A stretch of 64,000 nucleotides of DNA from contig NC_073413.1 of assembly GCF_028641065.1 (NCBI RefSeq), positions 5,518,001 through 5,582,000 of the forward strand, given 5' to 3'. This stretch comes from Leucoraja erinacea (lineage: Eukaryota). The notes under the pieces were generated by a model. The model saw nothing but the letters and a program-made list of their open reading frames with translations, did not search any database and was not told where the DNA came from. The position numbers were made by a program, and so were the translations under genes. This document shows positions 12,000 through 23,271 of the stretch, one piece after another (the stretch's first letter is position 1; every line of letters begins with the position of its first letter).

Positions 12000-12158
12000 A
12001 GCGGTTGGGGGGAGGGGTCACCGTCAACGGCCCAAGTTTGAACGCGGCCGCGCGCCGGCGCAGTGCGGGCCCCGCCAGCCGCGCCTGCGCAGTTGGGGAG
12101 AGGGTTGCCCGCCCGGGACCGCCATTTTCGCTGAGGATTGCCTCGTGCACAGGTGAGT
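12000..12158 (+). promoter_or_regulatory. CpG-island promoter/first exon, candidate for TRIM56-like copy 2
   Basis: A further GCGCCTGCGCA at ~12081, a YY1 motif CCGCCATTTT at 12119-12128, and donor CAG|GTGAGT at 12152/12153. The TRIM copy 2 acceptor lies downstream at 15757. Confidence 0.45.
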
Positions 12159-12310
12159 GGTCGAATATTGAGCGCGGCAGTCGTCTACCTGAGGTATTTG
12201 AACCCATGCAAACGCCAGTGAGTAGACGGCCCGTGAACCCGTTGTGTCTATTTTCGATTTAAGTCAATATTATAGTTCCCGCGAAACGACGTTCCCCTCC
12301 TCGCCTCTCC

Positions 12311-13170
12311 TAGCAATGTTACAAAATTTTGAGATTTTAAAAATCAAGTCTGCAATTTATCCCATCAGATAAAGCATAACAATGTTTAATTTGACACCAA
12401 ATTCACTTTCATATCTCAAGTATTAAAAAAGTCATGACAATTTTCATACTCGGAAATTAGCATCTTGTTCCCTATTGATTTTCAATGGACATTACAAAAA
12501 AGCTGTGATCTTGGATAGTCAAACGCCCATTTCTTAAGGAAAGATTAACATTTTTAAATAGCCTAAGTGTCCAAAGATTATTCACAAATAATTCACGATA
12601 TAACATGATTTTTATATCTAATTTACATTAATTTATAGGCCAAATGGAAGGAATTTAGTGTTCAATTGCTGTAAATAAATGCCCATTTAAATCGGCTTTC
12701 TAGTGGGTTCATGTGAACGTGCTGGTTTAGAACGTTGACATAGCGCTGGATTAGTGCCCTCAAATGCCGAGAAAAATACTGCGGGATATAAAAAGCCCAA
12801 AATGAACTACTCGCTATAGATAACTTGATATACAGGGTTATATATATGCCCCATTTAATGTAAAAATAAGGTACATACCTTTAATTGTTTGCTTTATAAA
12901 ACCCTGGGGCTGCGAGAGGTTGCGGAATGAGACAGTAATTTTAAAACTATTAGAACTATATTATCGAGGCCTATAAAACTAATAATACCTTTTGCGACCG
13001 GGTCTTGCAGCGATTTTTCGTTAATGATTTACTAGGCTGAACATGTGCGATTAGTACAGCCTAGTAAAAATCGCGTTTTAAACCCGCCCCCTCCAAACAG
13101 CACCAAAATCGCCGACATGGCTGAGGGCAGATTCCTAATGACGATTCAGGTAGGTTTTGTAACATACCTA
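12311..13170. mobile_element. Non-autonomous DNA transposon, near-identical to 2999-3850
   Basis: Same TIRs and interior as the 2999 copy. Confidence 0.8.
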
Positions 13171-13639
13171 CTTGCTCCTCACGTCCGCCGTCTCCACCAC
13201 CTGAGGAATTTGAACTCAAACAATGGGCAGTGATTTTTAATGAATACCAGACGGCCCGTGGACTTCCTTCGATTTAAACCAGCGTTAATGCATTTCGTTG
13301 TCTCTGTACTGTGCACTGACAATGACAATTAAAATTGAATCTGAGGTCTGCAGTTCATCTGGCGTCACCACGGGTCGTCGTGAATATTCCTGCTCTGACT
13401 CCAGAGATGCTGAGTTACTCCACATTTTTTGTGTGTCTCTCGCCGATTTAAACCAGCATCTGTAGTTCTTCCCGCGTCACAACGGGGACCCAACGAACGG
13501 GTGTATTCTCCAGAGATGCTGCCTGACCCACTGCCCACCAGCACTTTGTGCCTAGTTGTTAGATGTAATCCAGCAGATGCCAATGCTTTGCAGTATGTTT
13601 AGGTGTGTGGGTGAAGCTGAAGTCGGGGTCGTGTTAGAT

Positions 13640-13892
13640 GTTTGGGTGAAGTTAGAGATCAGCATGTTTAACTGTGCTACAAAGACAGATGTGTACAGCA
13701 ATTCGTTCTTCCCACGCACAATTAAAGCATGGAATAATCTCCACCAAACTATAGTTACCCAACCAGATGCAACTAAATTTAAAGTAGCACTTTCTTCCCA
13801 ATAACCCTTTCTGGCTTAATCCCTCACTTCACCACCTCCAGTTTAAATTGCAGTTGGAATATTTTGGAGGACCAAGTAACCAAGAACCAAGG
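13640..13892 (+). mobile_element. 3' end of a non-LTR retrotransposon
   Basis: TDVYSNSFFPRTIKAWNNL is a typical RT-ORF C-terminal motif, followed by an (aaccaag)n tail. Confidence 0.6.
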
Positions 13893-13979
13893 AGCTCTGG
13901 GCGCTTTTGAGAGAAAACTGACCCTGCCAGCGAACCACTCTCAAAAGCACATGCCCACATTTCCAGTGGTCGGTTAATT

Positions 13980-15345
13980 CTCTAAACTAAACGCAATGTT
14001 AGTGATTACTAACCAAGCCTTGGTTGAAGTCCACATTGCACTTTGATTAAGAGTCTCGACCCCAAAAGTCACAAATTCCTTTTCTCCAGAGATGCTGTCT
14101 GACCCGCTGAGTTACTCCAGCTTTTTGTGTCTCTCTTTGGTCTTTGAATAGTTCTCAAGCATGGCAGTCGCCAATTAATCTATTTGTGATTTATGTTTAT
14201 AGTGTGAGTACAAAAGCTTATCAAAATGTTGTTTTCCTACAAGCTAATAAAATAACTAATCATTCCATTCGACCCAATCTCTCGTTTGCCTCAATGTGCT
14301 CTTTCGTTGCTGTAGTTAAAAAATTAACTAAACCTTTATGATTTCTTAAACATCGGTGAGTTTCTCCTGTGAGTTTGTATAGGGAGGTTGCACGAAAGGT
14401 CACTGGGTCAGAGGGCTCGACGCACGGCGCCGCTAAATCCAACTGGAAGACATACGTCACTTCCGGTATATGTTATTAATGCTAGAAACGCGTACTTTCC
14501 TACCTGATTGCGCTGAAAAAAATGGTGGAAAAGTTGGGGTAAGTGTGAGAGACATTTACCCAACTTCAGAATTCCAAACGTGAAGCGAAATAAAGGTATT
14601 AAGAAGCGAGAATTGAAGGGACTACTGCAGCTAAAATGTTTGGTAAACATTGACAATATTGGGAATTATCGCGTTTGCTCGCTGCATTTCATCAAGGCAT
14701 TATTTGTGTTTTTCTTGATTCCTTTTGGTATCTAAAAATTCTCAAAAGTGATAAATCTGGCTGTAAATTTTTCTTCAGATGCGTTTTCATTTTGTATGTA
14801 AAAACCCACAAGAACCATGGGCGATTTAAAAAAATTACAGGCAGATTTATCACTTCTGAAACTTTTTAGATGCCAAAGGAATCAAGAAAAAACACAAATA
14901 ATGCCTTACTGTTGATGAAATGCGGTGAGCAAACGGCCAATGTTCGCCAAGCACTCTGTCTGTTGTCCCTTGAGCTCTTGCTTCTTCTACCGACATTTCT
15001 CCTCACTTTTGGAATTCTGAAGTAGGCTAAATGTCTCACACGCTTATCCCGATTTCCATAATTATTTACAGCGCAAAAATTGACAATTTCAGCGGGTTTT
15101 AACGGGCCCGCTACGGTGGAAACAATGGTAAGTGCCTACCTGCAGTTCACCATGTGTATTTGGAGTAGCCTAGCAACAATACGGGTTATGGGTCGTGACC
15201 CGACTGCCGTGAAAACCTCCCTATAGAGTGGTGACATATCTACACTGTCCTGTGTCCAGCTGCCTCAGGCTGCTACATTTGGCCAAAAGCATCTTCAGGT
15301 AACGTTGGGCAGAATCTTTACTCTTCAGCCAGCATTTCTGGATGG
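13980..15345. repeat. Low-copy block A (copy 3), split by a foldback transposon
   Basis: The block A sequence resumes exactly after the 14382-15221 insertion. Confidence 0.85.
14382..15221. mobile_element. Foldback-type non-autonomous DNA transposon with TATA (or TA) target duplication
   Basis: Ends GGGAGGTTGCACG / CGTGAAAACCTCCC, with long internal inverted repeats (~14540-14583 vs ~15003-15047; ~14695-14770 vs ~14831-14907). The empty site tttgTATAgagtg is present in the other block A copies. Confidence 0.8.
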
Positions 15346-15771
15346 ACAGGCCAATTAGGAAGTCTATTTTCTAATGATACAAATGGATGTCTTTAAATCT
15401 TCTAGATTAAGATGCCCGGCAACTCTCCCCCAACTCTGCGGGTGCGGCTGATGGGGTTCAGATCGCCAAAATACTTCCGTGTGTACTTGTCCAGCATCAC
15501 AACAGGGATCCAACAGGTCCACGGGGCATCTGGTGTGAAAATAAAACACTGTTGATTCACGGACCTGTATTTTAAGACCCAAACTTTCTGTGAGCAAACT
15601 TCTCATAGTCAGTGTGGAAACAGCTGTTTCCCTCCTGCCTGTGCTTTGTCCATATCCCTCCAAACCTGCCCTATTCATGTACCTGTCTAACTGTTTCTTA
15701 AAATATTGGGATAATCCCAGCCTCAACTATCTCATTGTGTCCTCTGATTTGTTGCAGGTTGTGTCCACATC

Positions 15772-17703
15772 ATGACCAAGTCGGGGGATATTACGGATCA
15801 GATACAAAACGATCTATTAAACTGCAAGATCTGCCTCAGTTGGTTCACACAGCCCAAGATGCTGCCTTGTGCTCACACCTACTGCCAGGGGTGCCTGGAG
15901 AAGATGGTTAGGCCAGACCAGAAGGTTCAGTGCCCGGAGTGCAGGGAAGAGTTTGACGTTGGTGGTGGCATCAGCAAACTCAAGACCAACTTTTACATTA
16001 ACAGTCTGATGGATATCTTCAAGAGCAAGGAGAACGAGAAGATGGTCTGCAGTTGGTGCGCGACAGCTGGTCTCAGTGAGATTGCCGCCATGGCTCGGTG
16101 TAAAACCTGCCTCAAATGCTTCTGCCCGCCTTGCAAGCTCACCCATGGGACTGCCAACCCACGCCACGTGCTGGAGGATCTGCCCGGTCACGTCGCCGGC
16201 CCTTGCGAGGCAGAGACAAAGATGCAGAAGATGATCTACTGCCAGGGCCACCCAGGAAACCTGGTGGACCATCTCTGCAACACCTGCAACAGCGTGATCT
16301 GCAGCAGTTGTTCCTCGCACGCCCACGACAAGCACTTGAAGGTGTCCCTGGCCAACGCAGGGACCACAGAGAAACCCACGGTGATGAATCTCATGGAGAG
16401 ACTGAAGACTGACACGCAGTCGCTGGTCCAACAAGAAGACGACATCATCCAGGAAATGGGGGGGATGAAGGCGACGGAAAGATCTCTGATGTCTATGATA
16501 GAGTCCACCCTGGCCGAGGTCATAAACAACTTGATAAAACAGGGCGACACCATCAAGGACACGCTCTCCAATTACGTCAGGGAGCAGGAAGAGTTGTACA
16601 AGGTCGCACGAGACGATCTGCAGCTCAAGATCAAGAAGGCGAAGGACACCAGGGAATTTTCCCAGGGGGTCCTGGATTCCGGTAAAATGAGGGAAATAGT
16701 CTGCCTGCGGTCCATCGTGGAAGACCAGATCGATGGACTCCAAGCACCGAGGGTCCCGGATGACAAGAAGACCCGCCCCAGCCTGACCGTCAACGAGTCG
16801 CTCAAGAGCATACTGTCTCACTCCAACCTTTTCAGCGTCACCTTTGGCAAAGACCCAGCCCCCAAGAGCCCGTCGGCCTTCGCGCCACTTCCCCAACTTA
16901 AGCAGAGGGCGTGGAATCTACATTGCTTCGAAACGGAGCTGGGTGGTGACGTGTGTGATCCGAAGCTGACTGGCGTCAGCATCTCCAGCAACGGCATAAT
17001 TGTGGTGGCGGACGAGGACAATTCCCTTCTGAAATGCTTCACCAACTACGGGCACCTCACTGCGACCATCTCACTGCCGGATGATGATGATAAACCATGC
17101 AGTGTTGCCATCTTTGATGACACCATCGTCTGCTCGTCTCGGAACCAGCTGTACATGTTGGACATGGACGGGACTTTGCTGAGGAAGCTTTTCCTTCGCG
17201 GCTCCGAGTCCGTCTACCACATTGCCGCCTACAGGGATGAATACGTGGCTGTGAGTGAGGGGTCCATGTGCTCCCTCTCCCTGTACGACATCAACGGGCA
17301 GGTGGTTGACAGAGTGCAGCCGTACGGCTATGAGGGGGGGCGCTTCCTCTTCCTCGCCATCAACAGCGAAGAGCGGTTCATCGTGGCCGACTGCGGCACA
17401 AAGTGCATCCTGATCTTCGACAGAGATGGCTGCGTCTTGGCCAACTGGGACCAGGTCACCATGAACGGAGTGGGCCGGGCGTTCTATCCCTACAGCATCT
17501 GCACGGATGAAGCCGATAACATTCTGGTCACCGAGCGGAACCGGATCCTCTTGTTTTGGCCCGATGGAGACTTCAGGGAGGAGCTGCTGACCACTGCCAA
17601 CGGCCTTCACAAACCACGCGTAATCACCATCGACAATTGCAACAACCTGGTCGTCACCCAAGGCAACGGGTTCATCACCGTGTACCAGCTGGACCTCTCT
17701 TAG
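15772..17703 (+). CDS. TRIM56-like E3 ubiquitin ligase, copy 2 (643 aa, single coding exon)
   Basis: Close paralog of 4484-6457 with intact RING, two B-boxes, coiled coil and NHL repeats. Acceptor ttgttgcag| at 15757. Confidence 0.9.
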   Translation: MTKSGDITDQIQNDLLNCKICLSWFTQPKMLPCAHTYCQGCLEKMVRPDQKVQCPECREEFDVGGGISKLKTNFYINSLMDIFKSKENEKMVCSWCATAGLSEIAAMARCKTCLKCFCPPCKLTHGTANPRHVLEDLPGHVAGPCEAETKMQKMIYCQGHPGNLVDHLCNTCNSVICSSCSSHAHDKHLKVSLANAGTTEKPTVMNLMERLKTDTQSLVQQEDDIIQEMGGMKATERSLMSMIESTLAEVINNLIKQGDTIKDTLSNYVREQEELYKVARDDLQLKIKKAKDTREFSQGVLDSGKMREIVCLRSIVEDQIDGLQAPRVPDDKKTRPSLTVNESLKSILSHSNLFSVTFGKDPAPKSPSAFAPLPQLKQRAWNLHCFETELGGDVCDPKLTGVSISSNGIIVVADEDNSLLKCFTNYGHLTATISLPDDDDKPCSVAIFDDTIVCSSRNQLYMLDMDGTLLRKLFLRGSESVYHIAAYRDEYVAVSEGSMCSLSLYDINGQVVDRVQPYGYEGGRFLFLAINSEERFIVADCGTKCILIFDRDGCVLANWDQVTMNGVGRAFYPYSICTDEADNILVTERNRILLFWPDGDFREELLTTANGLHKPRVITIDNCNNLVVTQGNGFITVYQLDLS

Positions 17704-19559
17704 TGCATCGGTGACAGGAGCACTACTAGGCCAATCAGCCCATCGTCCACTCCGCCCTTTGATCTCTCATTCACTCCCAACCCCCTTCTAACCTCTCCCC
17801 ATCACCCCAGACATCGGTACTAAACAGGAATCTACAGTGTCTGTCTCTGCCTTGAAAATAACATTTGACGTAGCCTCCTGCCTCCTGTGCTGCAGCGGGT
17901 ATGGAGTTTGCACGTTCTTCCTGCGACCGCGAGGATTTCTTCCCACATCCCAAAGACGTGCGGGTTTGAGGGTTAATCGGCCCTCTGTAGATCGCCCCTA
18001 GTGTCGGGAGTGGATGAGAATTTGGGATAACATAGAACTAGTGTGAACATGTGATCGATGGTCAACGTGGACTCAGTGCTTTCAGTGACATGGGCAGGCA
18101 TGTGGATATGCTGGAAATTGAGGGATATGGACCATGTACAGGTAGATTAGATATATAGACCATGTACAGGTAGATTAGTATATTTTGGCATTATATATTT
18201 CGGCCATCAACCCTGCCTTCCATGGCAATGAATTCCACAGATTTGCCACCCTCTGACTAAAGAAATTCATCCTCATCTCCTTCCTTTTATTTGGAGGCTG
18301 TGGGCTCTGCTCCTTGATACTCCCACTAGTGGAAACATCCACTCTGTCCAGGCCTTTCACTATTTGGAAAGTTTCAATGAAGTCCCCCCCCGTCCCACCC
18401 ACGTCATTCTAAACTCCAGCGAGCACAGGCTCATTGCCATCAGACGCTCATCATACGTGAACCCACTCATTTCTGGGATTATTCTTGTAATCCTCCTCTG
18501 GACCCTCCAACGCCTCCACATCCCTCCTTGGATGTGGGGTACAGAACTGCTCACAATAATCCAAATGCGGCCCGACCCGCGCCTTCTAGAGCCTCGGCAT
18601 TACCTAGTCAGTAACTGTGCTATGTTGGGGAACGGTCCTTGACATCCAGGCTGTATTCTGACTCTTGACTCTAGCAGTCTACCTGTGCACAGGATATTTT
18701 TACGGCAGGTTTTAAGATAGACAGTTCTCGAGTAGTACGGGTGTCGAGAAAGCAGGAGAATGGGGATGAGAGGGAGTAGACTCGATGGGCAGAATAGCCT
18801 AATTCTGCTCCAGCGCAGCGATAAACTGAGGGTGCTGCCTATGCGGAATTTGCACCATCTCCCTGTGACCGCGTGGGTTTTCTCCGGGTGTTTCCTCCCA
18901 TATGCCAAAGATGTGACGTACGGGTTTGTGGGCTAATTGGCTGCTGTATATTGCCCCTAGAGTGTGGGACATAGAACTAGTATCGACGCGGTCTCGGTGG
19001 AATGATGGACCTGTTTCCTTGCTGTATCTCTAAACTTTAAACATTCCAGCAATCCAGTTTTTGTAATTAGTTTAAAATCAGCTTAAAACTGCATTTCTCC
19101 TGTGTTTTTGATGGCGGTGGCTATCTCCTTACTCTTCGCCATCCCACCATTGTACTAAAGAGCTGAGGGTTCACCGCAGGTAGTTTGGCGTTCACCATGG
19201 GATTGCTGGAGAGATCATTCATAGGCATTATTCGTCCACTTAGGATTCCTGAGGACCAACATTACCAACAATAATGATAACACGGTTAAAAGATGTAAAT
19301 CATTTAATAAGCATTGTAAAGAGATGTAGAGCAGCTGCCTCACAGTGCCAGAGACCCGGGTTCGATCCCAATGACGGGTGCTGCCTATGCGGAGTTTGTA
19401 CGTTCTCCCTGTGACCGCGTGGGTTTTCCCAGGGTGCTCCGGTTTCCTCCCACATTCCAAAGACGTGTAGGTTTGTCGGTTAATCTGCTTTTGTGAATTG
19501 CCTCCAGTGTGTAGGATGCGAAACTGGGATAACATTGAACTATAGGGGACTTGATGGAC

Positions 19560-20480
19560 TGAAGGGCCTGTTTGCACACTGTATCTCTAAACTAAACGCA
19601 ATATTAGCGATTATTGACCGTCTTGGTTAAAGTCCACATTGCACTATGATTAAGTCTCAACCCGAAAAGTCACCAATTCCTTTTCTCCAGAGATGTTGTC
19701 TGACCCGCTGTTACTCCAGCTTTTTGTGTGTCTCTCTTTGATATTTGATTAGTTCTCAAGCATGGCAGTTACCGATTAATCTAATCATATTTGTGATTTA
19801 TGTTTATAGTGTGAGTACAAGAGCTTATCAAAATGTTGTTTTCATACAAGCTAAAAAAAACTAATCATTCCATTCGATCCAATCTCTCGTTTGCCTCAAT
19901 GTGCTCTTTCGTTGCTGTAATTAAAAAAATAAATAGTCTTTTATAAAGTTCGTTAACATCAGTGTGTTTCCTGTGAGTTTGTATAGAGTGGTGACATTTC
20001 TACACTGGCTGTGTCCATCTGCCTCGGGCTGCTACATTTGGTCAAAAGCATCTTCAAGTAACATTGGGCAGAATCGTTACTCTTCAGACAACATTTCTGG
20101 AGGACATGGATGGCTGATCTCTGGGTCAGGCAACATCTCTGCAAAATCGTTAACTGGAAAAGGTGCTGAGGTCGTACGAGGACGTTACCAGGACTCGAGG
20201 TGCCTGAGCTACAGGGAGACGTTGGACAGGCTCGGACTTTATTACCTGGAGCACTAGAGGATGAGGGGTGATCTTATAAGAGGTGTACAAAATCATGAGA
20301 GGAATGGATCTGGTAGACGCACAGGGTCTCTTGCCCAGAGTATGGGGGGAATTGAGGACCAAGGGGCATAGGTTTAAGGTGAATGGAAAATTATTTAATA
20401 GGAATCCGAGGGGTTACTTTTTCACACAAAGGGTTGTGGTTGTATGGAACGAGCTGCTGGAGGAGGTAGTTGAGGCAGGG
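19560..20480. repeat. Low-copy block A (copy 4) plus CR1 fragment
   Basis: Direct similarity to the other copies. It contains a plus-strand AATAAA at ~19928. Confidence 0.85.
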
Positions 20481-21234
20481 ACTTTCCCACCGTTTAAGAA
20501 ACAGTTAGTTATATGGATAGGTACACAAAAATGCTGGAGAAACTCAGCGGGTGCAGCAGCATCTATGGAGCGAAGGAAATAAGCCACGTTTTGGGCTGAA
20601 CCCCTTCTTCAGTTATATGGATAGGACAGGTTTGGAGGGATATTAACGAGTGAAGTGGGGGCATGTTGACCGGTGTGGGCAAGTTGGGCCGAAGGACCTG
20701 TTTCCACGGTGTATCACTGACTCATTACAAGCAGCCAAAGACATCCCACCCCTTATTCTCAAGGACCAAAGTCATGATGCAGCTCTTTGGTCAGGCCGCA
20801 TTAGGAGTACTGCGTGCAATTCTGGAAGTGAAGGCTTTGGAGATGGTGCAGAGGAGGTTTTCCAGAAGGCTGTCTGGATTAGAGGACTTCAGCTACAGGG
20901 TGAGGTTGGACAGACTTGCATTGTTTTCTCTGGAACGCAGATAGTGTGGGGAGACTTGATAGAAGTTAGAAAAATTCTGAGAGGCACAGATAGGGGAGAC
21001 AGTCAGTACCTTTTTTTCCCAGGGTAGAAATGGCTAACACTTGAGAGCAGAGAGGGAGTTTAATGGGGATGTGTGGGGTAAGTTTTATTGCCTGTGAAAT
21101 GCCCGTTTTCTGTGCACTTCACAGGAGTAATGAAATTTCTCCTCGTCTCCTTTCTAAAAGAACGTCCTTTAAGGAAGGAGTGGAATACTCTTCTATGTTC
21201 TAAAACAAAAGCAGACAGTGGTTCACAAAGAGAT

Positions 21235-21240
21235 TTTATT
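21235..21240 (-). terminator. Polyadenylation signal of the parvalbumin gene
   Basis: tttatt (AATAAA on the minus strand) ~155 nt past the stop codon. Confidence 0.6.
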
Positions 21241-21394
21241 GCTGTTACTTGACTAAATCCAGCAGTGACAATCCATCGGGTGCAACTCGACGACACAGGA
21301 GTTGACGCTGATCGATTTGAAGAATTCCGGGTATTTTCCATTGTTTCCAGAGGTGGGTTTGGGAGCGGCAACTTGAAGGGAATCTCCATCCGAT

Positions 21395-21426
21395 TTATCC
21401 TTGCGTACTTATCAGACTCAGGAATT
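21395..21426 (-). CDS. Parvalbumin (oncomodulin/CPV3-like), last coding exon: (E)FLSLISTQG*
   Basis: Acceptor ctgcag|AA TTC in phase 1. It completes the EF loop Glu and F helix as in all parvalbumins. Confidence 0.85.
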
Positions 21427-22059
21427 CTGCAGGTTCAGAACAGCTGATGTCGGCATTATGAGGTTACTTTCCATCCTACACAAATAATCTGCTGGTAACA
21501 TTTTCACAAAAAGGGTGGTGGGTGTATGGAACGAGCTGCCGGAGGATGTAGTCTAGGCAGGTACTATCGCAATGTTTAAGAAACAGGCAGGTACAGGTTT
21601 AGAGGGGTATGGGCCAAATGCAGGCAGGTGAAACTAGTATAGGTGGGACATAGAAACATAGAAATTAGGTGCAGGAGTAGGCCATTCGGCCCTTCGAGCC
21701 TGCACCGCCATTCAATATGATCATGGCTGATCATCCAACTCAGTATCCCGTGCCTGCCTTCTCTCCATACCCTCTGATCCCCTTAGCCACAAGGGCCACA
21801 TCTAACTCCCTCTTAAATATAGCCAATGAACTGGCCTCGACTACCCTCTGCGGCAGAGAGTTCCAGAGATTCACCACTCTCTGTGTGAAAAAAAGTTCTT
21901 CTCATCTCGGTTTTAAAGGATTTCCCCCTTATCCTTAAGCTGTGACCCCTTTGTCCTGGAACATGTTGGCAGGTGAGGGCAAGTTGGACCAAATGGCCTG
22001 TTTCCACACTGAGACTCCTAGACTATGACGTGACTTGGGTGGGGGTAGGGGGGTAGAGA

Positions 22060-22830
22060 GAGAGAGAATGCCAGGGTTATTCGAATTCAAAGAAATCAAG
22101 ATTAATATCACTGGGTTGAAAGCTGCCCAAGCGAAATAAGTGATGCTGTTCCTTCACTCTGACAATGGAGGAGGCCTAGGACAGAAAGGTCAGTGGGAAT
22201 GGGAGGGGGAATTAAAGTGTTTGGCAACCGGGAGATCAGGTAGGTTCAGGCGGACTGAGCGAAGGTGTTCAGCGAAACGATCGCCCAGTCTACGTTTGGT
22301 CTCGCCAATGTATAAGAGTCCGCATCTTGAACAACAGATACAGTAGATGAGGTTGGAGGAGGTCCAAGTGAACTTCTGTCTAATCTGAAAGGTCTGCCGG
22401 GGTCCCAGGACAGAATCGAGGGAGGAGGTATAGGGAAACGTTTTGCATCTCCTACAGTTGCAGAGGGAAGGTACCTGGGGAGGAGGTAGTTTAGGTGGGA
22501 AAGGATGAGTTAACCAGGGAGTTGCGGTGAGAAGGTCTCTGTGGAAGGCGGAAAGATGTGACTGGTGAAATTGTCAGAGGATTATGTGTTGTATGCGACG
22601 GCTGATGGGATGAAAGGTAAGAACAAGGGAGACTGTCTTTGTGACTGGGGGAGGGGGAGCAAGGTCGGAGCTGCGGAGTACAGAGGAGACACGTGTGAGG
22701 GCCTCTTCAATGATGGTAGTAGGTAACCCCATTTCCCTAAAGAATGAGGACATTACGAAAGTCCTGGTATGGAACACCTCATTTTGGGCGCAGATATGGC
22801 TTAGACGAGGAATTGGGAGTAAGGGAAATA
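22060..22830 (-). mobile_element. Degenerate Penelope-like element fragment in the last parvalbumin intron
   Basis: Similar to 11230-11490 (aaacgatcgcc..gtttggtctc) and encodes SSFF...IIEEALTRVSS...LVLTFHP. Confidence 0.7.
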
Positions 22831-23161
22831 GTCTTTACTTAGAGATACAGCACGGAAACCGGCCCTTCGGCCCACCGTGTCTGCGCGACCTGCGATCCCC
22901 ACACACTAACACTATCCATCACACACAAGGCACAATTTACATTTATATCAAGCCAATTAACCTACAAACCTGCACGACTTTGGGAGGAAACCGAAGATCT
23001 CGGAGAAAACCCGCACAGGTCATGGGGAGAACGTACAAACAGACAAACACCCATAGTCAGGTTTAAACTTGGGTCTCTGGCGCTGGGAGGCAGCAGCTCT
23101 ACCGATGCGCCACTGTGCTGCCCAAATACAGTGAGGCATTTTTAAATGTGTGTAAACTTAC

Positions 23162-23271
23162 CACCGCAATCAATCCTGCCGTCTCCATCTACATCTCCAG
23201 CGGAGACGAAACTGTCCATCTCAGTGTCACTCAACTCTCGGGCTTCTGGACAGAAGTACCGTAGGAACAGC
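23162..23271 (-). CDS. Parvalbumin coding exon 3 (gene exon 4, 110 nt; EF site DVDGDGRIDCG)
   Basis: ag|GCTGTTC...GGTG|gtaagt. Translates (K)LFLRYFCPEARELSDTEMDSFVSAGDVDGDGRIDCG, with the canonical 110-nt size. Confidence 0.93.

Noticed and set aside
11679-12262. Arg-rich repetitive ORFs
   Set aside because: These are translations of the GC-rich 42-bp tandem repeat, open in several frames.
14240-14335. Idea that the intronic block A copy lost its polyA signal by selection (AATAAA to ACTAAA)
   Set aside because: Another AATAAA is present at ~14246 in the same copy.
15817-16896. Long minus-strand ORFs (359 aa here; also 4625-5455 and 17071-17661)
   Set aside because: Antisense shadows of the GC3-rich TRIM coding exons, with no recognisable domains.
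19120-19250. Possible minus-strand exon (ILSGRIMPMNDLSSNP...)
   Set aside because: No recognisable homology or partner exons.
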